From NCBI GenBank assembly GCA_964592075.1, contig CAZQDY010000001.1, forward strand, positions 60,399 through 124,398: DNA of 64,000 bases. The letters run 5' to 3'. The notes under the pieces are model-generated. The model saw only the letters and a program-made list of their open reading frames with translations, ran no database searches and was not told the DNA's origin. The stretch comes from an uncultured Gaiellales bacterium (GTDB lineage: Bacteria > Actinomycetota > Thermoleophilia > RBG-16-64-13). Of this stretch, positions 28,473 through 36,970 are shown in pieces (the first letter of the stretch is position 1; each line of letters begins with the position of its first letter). A program made the translations under genes and the position numbers.

Positions 28473-28835
28473 ATGGCAGGCAAGCTCTGTAGGGTGACAA
28501 GAGACAGCGCCTGGTTGACGGAAATCCCCAATCATGAGGGGTACCGGCTCACTCCCATGGTCAATCCCAAGTTGTGCCCTGGAGCCCAGATAGAGTTCTA
28601 TGTGGGGGAGTTCCAACCCGAGGTGGGACGCGCCATAGGCCACGTGCATGCTGAAGAGGACCACGTGTTCTACGTGCTCTCGGGGCGGGCGACGGCCAAA
28701 GTGGGTGACGAGGTGCACGAACTGGAGCCCGGCGACGCCCTGTGGGTCCCGAAAGGCGAGATCCACGACTTCGATGTGGTGGGAGGAGAGACCTTCCGGG
28801 TCATCGCCATCTTCGCACCGCCGAGGACTACGTGA
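28473..28835 (+). CDS. Cupin domain protein
   Basis: HVHAEEDHVFYVLSGRA and GDALWVPKGEIHDF. RBS GGAGG before ATG 28473. Confidence 0.88.
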   Translation: MAGKLCRVTRDSAWLTEIPNHEGYRLTPMVNPKLCPGAQIEFYVGEFQPEVGRAIGHVHAEEDHVFYVLSGRATAKVGDEVHELEPGDALWVPKGEIHDFDVVGGETFRVIAIFAPPRTT

Positions 28836-28889
28836 ACCCGGCGTCGCCCGAGCGCCCACGCGCCGGCCGGTCTTCTTGAAGGAGATGAT

Positions 28890-31532
28890 GTGGAGCGACC
28901 TCTCGAGAAGCCTGTAGAAAGGTCGGGTGAACGCACGATCGTCCGTGACATGGCGTTCCTTGGCGCTCCCTGGGGCGCCAATGCCTGCATGATCGACGTG
29001 AAGGATGGCAGGATCCTCCGCATCCGCCCGGCCCGCTACTACGACGAGTACACCAAGGAGCAGGTGGGGCCCTGGGTGATGCATGCCCGGGGCAAGACTT
29101 TCGAACCCAGCGAGAAGACTCTGCCGCCCCCGCTCAGCCTGGCCTACAAGAAGCGGGTCTACTCACCGGCCCGTATCCGCTACCCCATGAAGCGGGTGGA
29201 CTTCGACGCGAGCGGGGCCCCAGGCTCTACGGGCCCCGGTGGCCGCAACATCCACAACCGGGGCGTGAGCAAGTACGAACGCATCAGCTGGGACGAGGCC
29301 CTCGACATCGTCACGGGCGAGATGCTCCGGGTCAAGCAGACCTACGGCCCCACGGCCATCCTCTACCAGAACGACCAGCACGGCGAGAGCAAGGTGGTGC
29401 ACGGCCCGCACGGATGCGGCCGCAAGCTGCTCCGTCTCTTCGGCGGGTACACGCACCAGGTGCGCAACGCCGACAGTTGGGAGGGGTGGTGGTGGGGCGC
29501 CAAACACGCGTGGGGCTGCGAGTACCTGGGCCAGCAGAAGCCCCAGAGCAACCTGCTGTGGGACATCGCCAAGAATGCGGAGCTTCTGCTCTTCTGGGGA
29601 TGCGACCAGGAGACCACCACCTGGGGTTGGGGTGGGCAACTCCCCAGCCGCCTCAGCTACTGGTGGACGGAGCTCGGCATCAAGCAGGTCTACATCGCGC
29701 CCGACCTGAACTACGCCGCTGCGGTCCACGCCGACCGGTGGATCCCTATACTGCCCAACACCGACGCCGCTCTCTATCTGGCCATCGCCTATCACTGGTT
29801 CAAGAACGGCACCTACGACAAGGAGTACCTCGAGACTCACGCCTACGGCGTCGACGAGTTCGAAGCGTACGTGATGGGCGGCGAGAACGGAGTCGCCAAG
29901 AGCCCCGAGTGGGCCGCGCCTATCACCGGGGTACCGGCCCGCGTCATCAAGGCCTTGGCCGAGGAGTGGGCTACGAAGCGCACGACCGTGGTCATCGGCA
30001 ACGGAGGCCCGGGCATCCGCGGCCCCTACGCCACCGAACCCGCCCGGCTGCAGGTGCTGTGCTTGGCCATGCAGGGCTTGGGCAGACCGGGCTGCAACCA
30101 GGCCAAGATGATCGAGTGGGCTCTTTTCGGCAAGCCTGACAACCAGGCGGCGCCCAAGCCCGCGGTGTCTCTCAACCTGTCGGCGGCCTACCGGGGCGAC
30201 CTGCCTCCGGAATACAAGCGCGAGTCGTGCATCCCCAAGACCCTGGTGCCGCAGCTCATCCTGGACGGCGAAGGCACCTGGTACGGGAACCGCCTGGGCG
30301 CGCACAGCAACCGCGAAGACCAGTTCGTCAAGTATGAGTACCCGGCGGAGGGCGCGTCGAGGATCCACATGATCTGGACCGACTCCCCCTCATGGATCAC
30401 CTGCTGGAACGACGGCAACAACTTCATCCGGGCCATGCGCCACCCCGACATCGAGTTCATCTTCTGCCAGCACCCCTGGATCGAGAACGAGGCCCTCTTC
30501 GCCGACGTCGTCCTGCCTGTCAACACCAAACTCGAAGAGGACGACATCGGTAGCGACGTGTTCAGCGGTCAGCTCGACCTGCTCTACCCGCAACCGCGCT
30601 GCATCGAGCCGTTGGGGGAGTCGTTCAGCGACTATGAGGTCGTCTGCATGATCGCCGAGCGCCTCGGCCTGCTGGAGGAATACACGGACGGAATGACGGT
30701 GGAGGAGATCATCCGGTCGGGCTATGAGAGCTCGGGGGCGGCCGACAAGATCTCCTGGGAGGAACTGAACAACAAGGGCTACTACGTCATCCCGCCTGAC
30801 CCCGATTGGGAGAAGATCCCGGCCGGGCTCATCGGGTTCTATGAGGATCCCGAGAGCCATCCCCTCTCCACTCCCAGCGGCAGAGTGGAGTTCCGCTCCA
30901 TCGGGCTTGCGGAGCACTTCCCCGACGACCCGGAACGGCCGCCGGTACCCAAGTGGATCCAGCAGGGAGAGTCGCACGAGGAGACGCTCGGCACGGAGAG
31001 GAGCAAGAAGTATCCGCTCCTTGTCATGAGCAACCACCCCCGTTGGGGAGTGCATTCTCAGCACGACGACGTGACCTGGCTGCGCGAGATAGAGACCTGC
31101 AAGGTCCGGGCCTCTGACGGCTATCAGTATCAACCACTGTGGATGAACCCGGCGGATGCCGCCACCAGGGGCATCGAGCACGGGGATGTGGTCCGCATCT
31201 ACAACGAGCGGGGCACGGTCCTGGCCGGCGCCTACGTCACCGAACGGATCATCCCCGGGGCTGTGGGCATCGACCACGGCGCCAAGTACGACCCCATCGT
31301 GCCCGGCGAGATAGACCGGGGCGGGGTGATCAACACCATCGTGCCTCGCAACTGCACATCGAAGAACACCGTGGGAATGGCGGTCTCGGGTTTCCTTGTG
31401 GAAGTGGAGAAGGCCGACCTCGACGAGCTGCGGCGCAAGTACCCGGAACCGTTCGCAAGACAGTGTCACGTAGCGGCCGGCCCCTGCGTGGCCGGAGTAA
31501 CGGAAAACAAACACGGAGGCTTAGTCACATGA
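28890..31532 (+). CDS. Molybdopterin (Mo/W-bisPGD, DMSO reductase superfamily) oxidoreductase, pyrogallol hydroxytransferase large-subunit-like
   Basis: VKDGRILRIRP, ARGKTFEP, RIRYPMKR, YERISWDEA, DSWEGWWWG (Ser Mo ligand), NTDAAL, FADVVLP, SNHPRWGVHSQ, C-terminal molydop-binding domain. No Tat signal and no N-terminal Fe-S cysteines. Confidence 0.85.
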   Translation: MERPLEKPVERSGERTIVRDMAFLGAPWGANACMIDVKDGRILRIRPARYYDEYTKEQVGPWVMHARGKTFEPSEKTLPPPLSLAYKKRVYSPARIRYPMKRVDFDASGAPGSTGPGGRNIHNRGVSKYERISWDEALDIVTGEMLRVKQTYGPTAILYQNDQHGESKVVHGPHGCGRKLLRLFGGYTHQVRNADSWEGWWWGAKHAWGCEYLGQQKPQSNLLWDIAKNAELLLFWGCDQETTTWGWGGQLPSRLSYWWTELGIKQVYIAPDLNYAAAVHADRWIPILPNTDAALYLAIAYHWFKNGTYDKEYLETHAYGVDEFEAYVMGGENGVAKSPEWAAPITGVPARVIKALAEEWATKRTTVVIGNGGPGIRGPYATEPARLQVLCLAMQGLGRPGCNQAKMIEWALFGKPDNQAAPKPAVSLNLSAAYRGDLPPEYKRESCIPKTLVPQLILDGEGTWYGNRLGAHSNREDQFVKYEYPAEGASRIHMIWTDSPSWITCWNDGNNFIRAMRHPDIEFIFCQHPWIENEALFADVVLPVNTKLEEDDIGSDVFSGQLDLLYPQPRCIEPLGESFSDYEVVCMIAERLGLLEEYTDGMTVEEIIRSGYESSGAADKISWEELNNKGYYVIPPDPDWEKIPAGLIGFYEDPESHPLSTPSGRVEFRSIGLAEHFPDDPERPPVPKWIQQGESHEETLGTERSKKYPLLVMSNHPRWGVHSQHDDVTWLREIETCKVRASDGYQYQPLWMNPADAATRGIEHGDVVRIYNERGTVLAGAYVTERIIPGAVGIDHGAKYDPIVPGEIDRGGVINTIVPRNCTSKNTVGMAVSGFLVEVEKADLDELRRKYPEPFARQCHVAAGPCVAGVTENKHGGLVT

Positions 31533-32755
31533 GAAGGAACATCGCCAGATTCGTCGTCGACACGCATTGTCACATCACGACGCTCTACCAACCCGCCACG
31601 GACGAAGGCTGGGAACAGGTCGAAAGACAGGAATGGAACGGTCTGATGGACGAGGTCGCCCCGTTCGACAACTGCTTTCTCACCCTGTACGACATGGACC
31701 GCTACGGCGTGGACATGGCCGTCCTCCTGCCCAGCATCTTCGGGACTCTCAACGAGACTCAGGCCAAGCTGGTCAAGCGTTTCCCCGACCGGTTCAGGGC
31801 GTGCTGCTCCGACCAGAAGACCGTCCTCGCCGCCATCCGGGGCGAGAAGCCGTGGAGCTTCAAGGCGGCGCTGGAAGAGGTGGAGGAGGCCCTCAAGACA
31901 GGCTGGTTCGTGGGTATCGGCGAGTTCGCGCCGGGAGCCTACGCTCGGAGCCGCCAGCTTCCCGGGGCCGAAGGCAAGGTCAGCCTCGAACAGCGGGTGG
32001 ACGAATGGGCCGCGCTGTGCGAGCTCGGTGTCAAGTACGACGTGCCCGTCCTCTGCCACGACCAGTTCTGCCTCCCCCGCGAAGGCGATTGGACCCTCAC
32101 CCAGTTGCTCGCCAAGGTGTCGGAGATGAACCCCAAGGCCAAGATCATGCAGACGCACGGTTGCGTGGAGGACGAGTGGAAACGCGGCGAGGACGCCATA
32201 CGCGAGATGTATGAGGTGGTGGCCACTCTCGACAACGTGTACATGGAGACCGGGGGCTGGAGCGAGCGGCAGTTCGAGATCGCCTTCGAGGTCGGTGTGA
32301 GCGCCAGCCGTCTAACCTGGGGGCATGACTACGGAAACGTGCCGCAACACATAGTGCGGCGGGGTGTGGAGAGATGGGGCAAGAAGCCGAAGGAGCTCGA
32401 GTACCGCAACACAATGTCGCTCATGATGTTCGGATATAGGGACTGGCCCTCCGTGCCCACCTATCAGCCCGATTTCTACGGATGGGGGCTACGGACCATA
32501 GACAGAGTCGGCGACTGGCTGACGCAGGACGAGATCAACCTCATCCTCGGCGGAACGGCCGCCAAGCTCTACAAGCTCCCGGTGCCCTACCCCAGGATGT
32601 TCCCCGAGGGCCGGCCCGACATCTTCGGCGAGAAGTGGAGAGAGAGCATCCCGTTCATCCCGCGGGAGCAGATCAAGTACCCCGACCCCGAGGGCCTGCG
32701 CATGTCGAACGAGCCCTGCATGAAGCTCATACGGAAGACCGGCCCGGAGAAGTAG
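31529..32755 (+). CDS. Amidohydrolase family (Amidohydro_2-like) metalloprotein, paralog 4
   Basis: Start ATG 31529 (ATGA overlap with the Mo-enzyme stop). VVDTHCH, MDRYGVDMAVLLP, VGIGEF, LCHD, QTHG, VYMETG, TWGHDYG, GGTAAKLYKLP. Confidence 0.85.
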   Translation: MRRNIARFVVDTHCHITTLYQPATDEGWEQVERQEWNGLMDEVAPFDNCFLTLYDMDRYGVDMAVLLPSIFGTLNETQAKLVKRFPDRFRACCSDQKTVLAAIRGEKPWSFKAALEEVEEALKTGWFVGIGEFAPGAYARSRQLPGAEGKVSLEQRVDEWAALCELGVKYDVPVLCHDQFCLPREGDWTLTQLLAKVSEMNPKAKIMQTHGCVEDEWKRGEDAIREMYEVVATLDNVYMETGGWSERQFEIAFEVGVSASRLTWGHDYGNVPQHIVRRGVERWGKKPKELEYRNTMSLMMFGYRDWPSVPTYQPDFYGWGLRTIDRVGDWLTQDEINLILGGTAAKLYKLPVPYPRMFPEGRPDIFGEKWRESIPFIPREQIKYPDPEGLRMSNEPCMKLIRKTGPEK

Positions 32756-32853
32756 ACCCCCATTACCGTGAGGTCCCCACTCCGTGAGGTCCCGCACTGC
32801 GGTGCGACTCCCACGGAAGTGGGTCCCGCATGGAGGTGCGACCCGTGAGCTTG

Positions 32854-32887
32854 GAAGCCGGGGCGGCCGGACGGCCGCCCCGGCTTC
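32854..32887. terminator. Perfect 15-bp stem hairpin between convergent genes (likely bidirectional terminator)
   Basis: gaagccggggcggcc-ggac-ggccgccccggcttc. Confidence 0.8.
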
Positions 32888-32896
32888 GTACTCTGG

Positions 32897-35800
32897 TCAG
32901 CAGCCGCCCAGGGCGGCGTAGGCGTTACGGAACATCCTCATCCACGGGCTGCTCCGGAAGCCCCATCCGGGTGGAACCCAGGGCCATTGGCGCAGCTGGA
33001 AGCACCGCTCGGGGTGAGGCATGATCGCCAGATGGCGGCCGTCGGGGGAACAGAGCGCCGCGATGCCCTGAGGGCTGCCGTTGGGGTTGTAGGGGTACGC
33101 GGTGGTGATGCACCCCGCCGGGTCGACATAGCGCACCGGGGCCAGGCGGCTGTCGACGATCCAGTCGAGAGTGGCCGGATCGGGAACGTGGAGCCTACCC
33201 TCGCCGTGCGCCACGTACACGCCGAACACCGAACCCGCCATCCCTCGGAGCATCAACGCCGGGCTCTCTTCTACGGAGACGGTGCTGAACCGGGATTCGA
33301 AACGTCCGGAGGTGTTCCGGATGAACCGCGGCTTCAGCTCGTCGGGGAGCCCGAAGCCGGGGATACCCAGTAGTCCCATCAGCTGGCACCCGTTGCACAC
33401 ACCCAGCGAGAGAGTGTCGGGCCGCGCGAAGAAACGCGCGAACTCCTCGGACAGGCGCTCGTTGTTGCGTATCACCGAGGCCCAGCCCTTGGCCGCATCC
33501 AGGACGTCGGCGAAGGCGAACCCACCGGGGAAGGCCACCAGTTGGAAGCCCTCCAGGTCGGCGCCGCCGCCGATGAGGTCCGTCATGGTGACGTCCCAGA
33601 CCTCGAACCCGGCCGCCGCGAAGGCTGCCGCGAGTTCCCGGTCGCCGTTGCTGCCCTCTTCGCGGAGGATGGCGGCCTTCGGCGCGGCGCGGCGCGCACC
33701 TGGCGCGGCGGCGGTCGAGCCGGCGCCGGTGTCTGAGCGGGTGCCACTCGCCGGCGGCCCCGCGTCGGCGTAGGTGCCGCCCGGCGGCGCATCAGCGTCG
33801 GGGTCGAACGTCAGTCTATAGGGGGCCGTCCCGGGGGGCGCCGAATGAGACGCCCACTCCTCTTCAGCGCACGCGGGGTTCTGCTGCAGGCGTTCCAACT
33901 GGTAGGCCGTCTCCTCCCACAGCAAGTGCAGTGCCCGGGCGCTCTCCCGCATCACAGGCTGGTCATTGAAGCTCAACTCGACGTTCAGGTCTTGCACACG
34001 GCCCAGCCTGACCGCCTTGACCCCGTGGCTCTCCAGGACCCGGCCGGCCCCGAGCCGGTAGGCCACCCCGAGCCGCCCCTGCTCGGGGACCACCCCGAGC
34101 CGTCCCTGCTCGGGGACCATCCCGAGCCCCTCCCGCTCGGGGACCACCCCGAGCCCCTGCGCCTCGGAGACGACCTCCACCACCACTCCCGCCTCTTCGG
34201 CGAAAAGCGATGCGTACAGCTCGTCGCCTTCCAGGGCGACGGCCCAGCCCTTGTCGCCGGCGAAGGCCATCTCCAGCAGGGTCACTATGAGCCCGCCGTC
34301 GCTGACGTCGTGACAGGAGACGATCGTGCCCGAGCGGACCAGGTCCTGCACCGCCTCAAACACCGCCCGCAACGCACCCGGGTCTTCGATGTCGGGTGCC
34401 TCGTCGCCGAGCTGGCCGAGAACCTGGGCGAGCGCGCTCCCCCCCAGCCTCCGCTTGTCTCCCACCGGCAGCAGCCAAAGCTCGTTGCCGCTCTCCTTAA
34501 GGCCGGGAGTCACCCGGAGCTCCACGTCGGGCATGAGGGCGTACGGGGCCATCACCAGCTCCGGCGGGGCCTTGACCAGCTCTTTGCCGCCCTCGGGAGT
34601 CACGCCCTGACTGGCCATGGAGAGGCTGTCCTTGCCGCCGTCGATGGCGATGCCCAACTCCATCAGGATGTCGCGGAGCGCGCAGGCCGCGTCGTACAGC
34701 CAGGCGCCTTCGCCGGGTTGCTTCACCGCCAGCATCCAGTTGGCGGAGCACTTGATGTCGCTGATGCCGGTGATGACCGCCCCGGCCATGTTGAGCAGCG
34801 CCTCCGCGACGGCCATGCGTACCCCCGCCCCGGGGCTGATGAGACCCTTGATGGGCTGCTCGCCCAGGCTGACAGCCGTGCCCGACGGGTCGTCGTAGGT
34901 CTGAGCGATGACCGCGTAGTCGGAAAGAGGCAGGTGGCGCGGCCCCACCAGCTGCCGCTGGACGACGAGCCCCGTGACATCAAGGTCGACCTTGTTGGTG
35001 AGAAAGCGCTTGGAGCAGACGGAGGGCAGCCGCAACACCATCTCCAGCACTCGCTCCAGGTCCGAAACGGGGGGAAGGACCAGGGGCTGGAGGTCTTGGC
35101 GCGGCGCGCGCCGCTCGAACTCGAACCGCTTGGGCGGCAGCTGCCCAAGGATGTCGTCAAGGGGCAGGTCCACCGGCCTGCTGTCGTCGATGGAATCGTA
35201 GACCACCAGGATCCCGTCGCCGGTTATCCGGCCCACCACGGCTAGAGGCACGTTCTCCCGGGCGGCCAGGTCCTCCAATACCGGGAGACCTTCGGGCAGC
35301 ACCAGGAGGGCGTTCCGCTCCTGCGACTCGTTGCCCCAGATCTCGAGAACGGAAAGGGTCTTGTCGCCCACCGGGATGGCCCGCAGGTCGACCACCGCCC
35401 CGGCGGGCTCCACAATCTCGGGCAGCGCATTGCAGTCGCCGCCGGCTCCCAGATCGTGGGCCGAGACGATCGGGTTCGCCTCTCCCAGTTCGACGCAGGC
35501 CCGCATGAGGCGGTTGACCCGCTGTTCCATCTCCGGGTCGCCGCGCTGGACGGCGTTGAAGTCGAGTTCCTGAACGTTGGTGCCCTGCTCCATGCTGCTT
35601 GCCGCTCCGCCGCCCATGCCGATGCGGTAGGCCGGCCCGCCCACCTGCACCACGAGCATGCCCTTCTCTGGACCGCCCTTGACCGTGTGCTCGTCGCGTA
35701 TCTGGCCGGCTCCCACGCTGTACATGATGGGCTTGAACCAGGAACGGTAGCCATCTGGCAGGCGCAGCCCGTAGGTGCGCGTGAAACCGTAGATCAGCGG

Positions 35801-36970
35801 TTCGCCGAAGCAGTTGCCGTAGTCGGAGGCGCCGTTGCTTGCCTCGATGAGGATCTCCGTCGGCGAGGCGAGGTCGGGGGGATGGAAGTAGCCGTCTTCC
35901 TCCCAGGGGAGCATGTAGCCGGGCAGGTGGAGATTGCCCACGCAGTAAGCGGCGCCCGACGCGCACACCAGCCCGCCCCGCCCCACCGCCTGGTTGTCGC
36001 GGATGCGCCCTCCGCCGCCGGTGGCCGCGCCGGGATAGGGAGCCACACCCGAGGGGAAGTTGTGCGTCTCCGCCGTCAGCGTAGGATGCAGGAGCGTGGG
36101 CATCCGCACCAGCGGTGACGGCCCCAGCGGCGCCGAAGCGGCGAACAGGCGCACCTGGGTCCCGTGGATGGCCGAGCTGTCGTCACGAAAAGCGATGACC
36201 GAGTTCGGCCCCGAAGTCGCCAGCGGCTGCTTCACGATCTCCATGAGGTTCTTCTCCGGCACCCGCTCGCCGTCCACCCACAGCTCGCCTTTGAAGACCC
36301 AATGACGGGAGTGCTCCGAGTTGGCCTGGGCTATCTGGAACAGCTCCACGTCGGTGGGATCCCGCTCCAGCCGCCGGAAGATGCCTGCGATGAGCTCCAG
36401 GTCGCTCGAGTCCCAGCTGCAGCCGTAGGCGCGATCGAACTCTGCAAGGGCGGCACTCCCCCGCGCCAGCAGCGGGATCCGGCGCACGGGCTCCGGTGAT
36501 ATGCCGGTTTCGAAAGAGGTCAGAGGCTCGGCATAACGCATCTCGGTCATGCGGTCGTGGAGAGGCGCCAGTATCTCATCGATCTCCTCACCAGAGAGCG
36601 GTTCCGCGAACCCCAGACGGACCGAGCGCTCCAAGCGGCGCACTGAGCGCGCTCCCGACCGGCGGCAGATCTCGACGGCGTTGGACGACCAGGCGGTCTC
36701 GAAGCTCAAGCGCGGTCCGAACTCGATGATGGTGGAGAACCGCCCTTCAAGGAAGCTCTCGGGCCCGAACTGCCGTGGTTCGAAGGTCTCCGAGAGGGCA
36801 TAGTCGAGAACCGCCAGCTCATGGGCGCCCAGGGACCCCTCGGCCTCCACATAGAAGCACCATTCCGTGCCCGGCTCCTCCACGGGATGCCCGACGACCC
36901 GCTCGGCGATCGAAACGACCGCCTCGACCCGCGCCGGGGTCATGCTGGGTGTCCGGAAGAAACGTAGCAT
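32897..36970 (-). CDS. purL: Phosphoribosylformylglycinamidine synthase, large single-chain form
   Basis: QANSEHSRH, AETHNFP, GAATGGGGRIRD, DFNAVQRGDPEM, HDLGAGG, HDVSDGG. Fused glutaminase domain (REEGSNGDRE, LGVCNGCQ, AHGEG, MPHPER). Start re-chosen at ATG 36970. Confidence 0.95.
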   Translation of the reverse strand: MLRFFRTPSMTPARVEAVVSIAERVVGHPVEEPGTEWCFYVEAEGSLGAHELAVLDYALSETFEPRQFGPESFLEGRFSTIIEFGPRLSFETAWSSNAVEICRRSGARSVRRLERSVRLGFAEPLSGEEIDEILAPLHDRMTEMRYAEPLTSFETGISPEPVRRIPLLARGSAALAEFDRAYGCSWDSSDLELIAGIFRRLERDPTDVELFQIAQANSEHSRHWVFKGELWVDGERVPEKNLMEIVKQPLATSGPNSVIAFRDDSSAIHGTQVRLFAASAPLGPSPLVRMPTLLHPTLTAETHNFPSGVAPYPGAATGGGGRIRDNQAVGRGGLVCASGAAYCVGNLHLPGYMLPWEEDGYFHPPDLASPTEILIEASNGASDYGNCFGEPLIYGFTRTYGLRLPDGYRSWFKPIMYSVGAGQIRDEHTVKGGPEKGMLVVQVGGPAYRIGMGGGAASSMEQGTNVQELDFNAVQRGDPEMEQRVNRLMRACVELGEANPIVSAHDLGAGGDCNALPEIVEPAGAVVDLRAIPVGDKTLSVLEIWGNESQERNALLVLPEGLPVLEDLAARENVPLAVVGRITGDGILVVYDSIDDSRPVDLPLDDILGQLPPKRFEFERRAPRQDLQPLVLPPVSDLERVLEMVLRLPSVCSKRFLTNKVDLDVTGLVVQRQLVGPRHLPLSDYAVIAQTYDDPSGTAVSLGEQPIKGLISPGAGVRMAVAEALLNMAGAVITGISDIKCSANWMLAVKQPGEGAWLYDAACALRDILMELGIAIDGGKDSLSMASQGVTPEGGKELVKAPPELVMAPYALMPDVELRVTPGLKESGNELWLLPVGDKRRLGGSALAQVLGQLGDEAPDIEDPGALRAVFEAVQDLVRSGTIVSCHDVSDGGLIVTLLEMAFAGDKGWAVALEGDELYASLFAEEAGVVVEVVSEAQGLGVVPEREGLGMVPEQGRLGVVPEQGRLGVAYRLGAGRVLESHGVKAVRLGRVQDLNVELSFNDQPVMRESARALHLLWEETAYQLERLQQNPACAEEEWASHSAPPGTAPYRLTFDPDADAPPGGTYADAGPPASGTRSDTGAGSTAAAPGARRAAPKAAILREEGSNGDRELAAAFAAAGFEVWDVTMTDLIGGGADLEGFQLVAFPGGFAFADVLDAAKGWASVIRNNERLSEEFARFFARPDTLSLGVCNGCQLMGLLGIPGFGLPDELKPRFIRNTSGRFESRFSTVSVEESPALMLRGMAGSVFGVYVAHGEGRLHVPDPATLDWIVDSRLAPVRYVDPAGCITTAYPYNPNGSPQGIAALCSPDGRHLAIMPHPERCFQLRQWPWVPPGWGFRSSPWMRMFRNAYAALGGC
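34048..34167. repeat. In-frame tandem array of 27-bp self-palindromic repeats inside purL
   Basis: Full units at 34066-34092, 34093-34119 and 34120-34146, with partial units on both sides. Each unit carries (c)cccgagc...gctcgggg inverted arms. Encodes about (LGVVPEQGR)x3. Confidence 0.85.

Noticed and set aside
28890-31532. Selenocysteine or other recoding in the Mo enzyme and neighbours
   Set aside because: The ORFs are uninterrupted, the Mo-ligand position is Ser (DSWEG), and no in-frame UGA needs explaining.
32762-34167. CRISPR array at 32762-32850 or 34048-34167
   Set aside because: The repeats are contiguous or degenerate with no unique spacers. The second array is inside the purL reading frame, and no cas genes are present.
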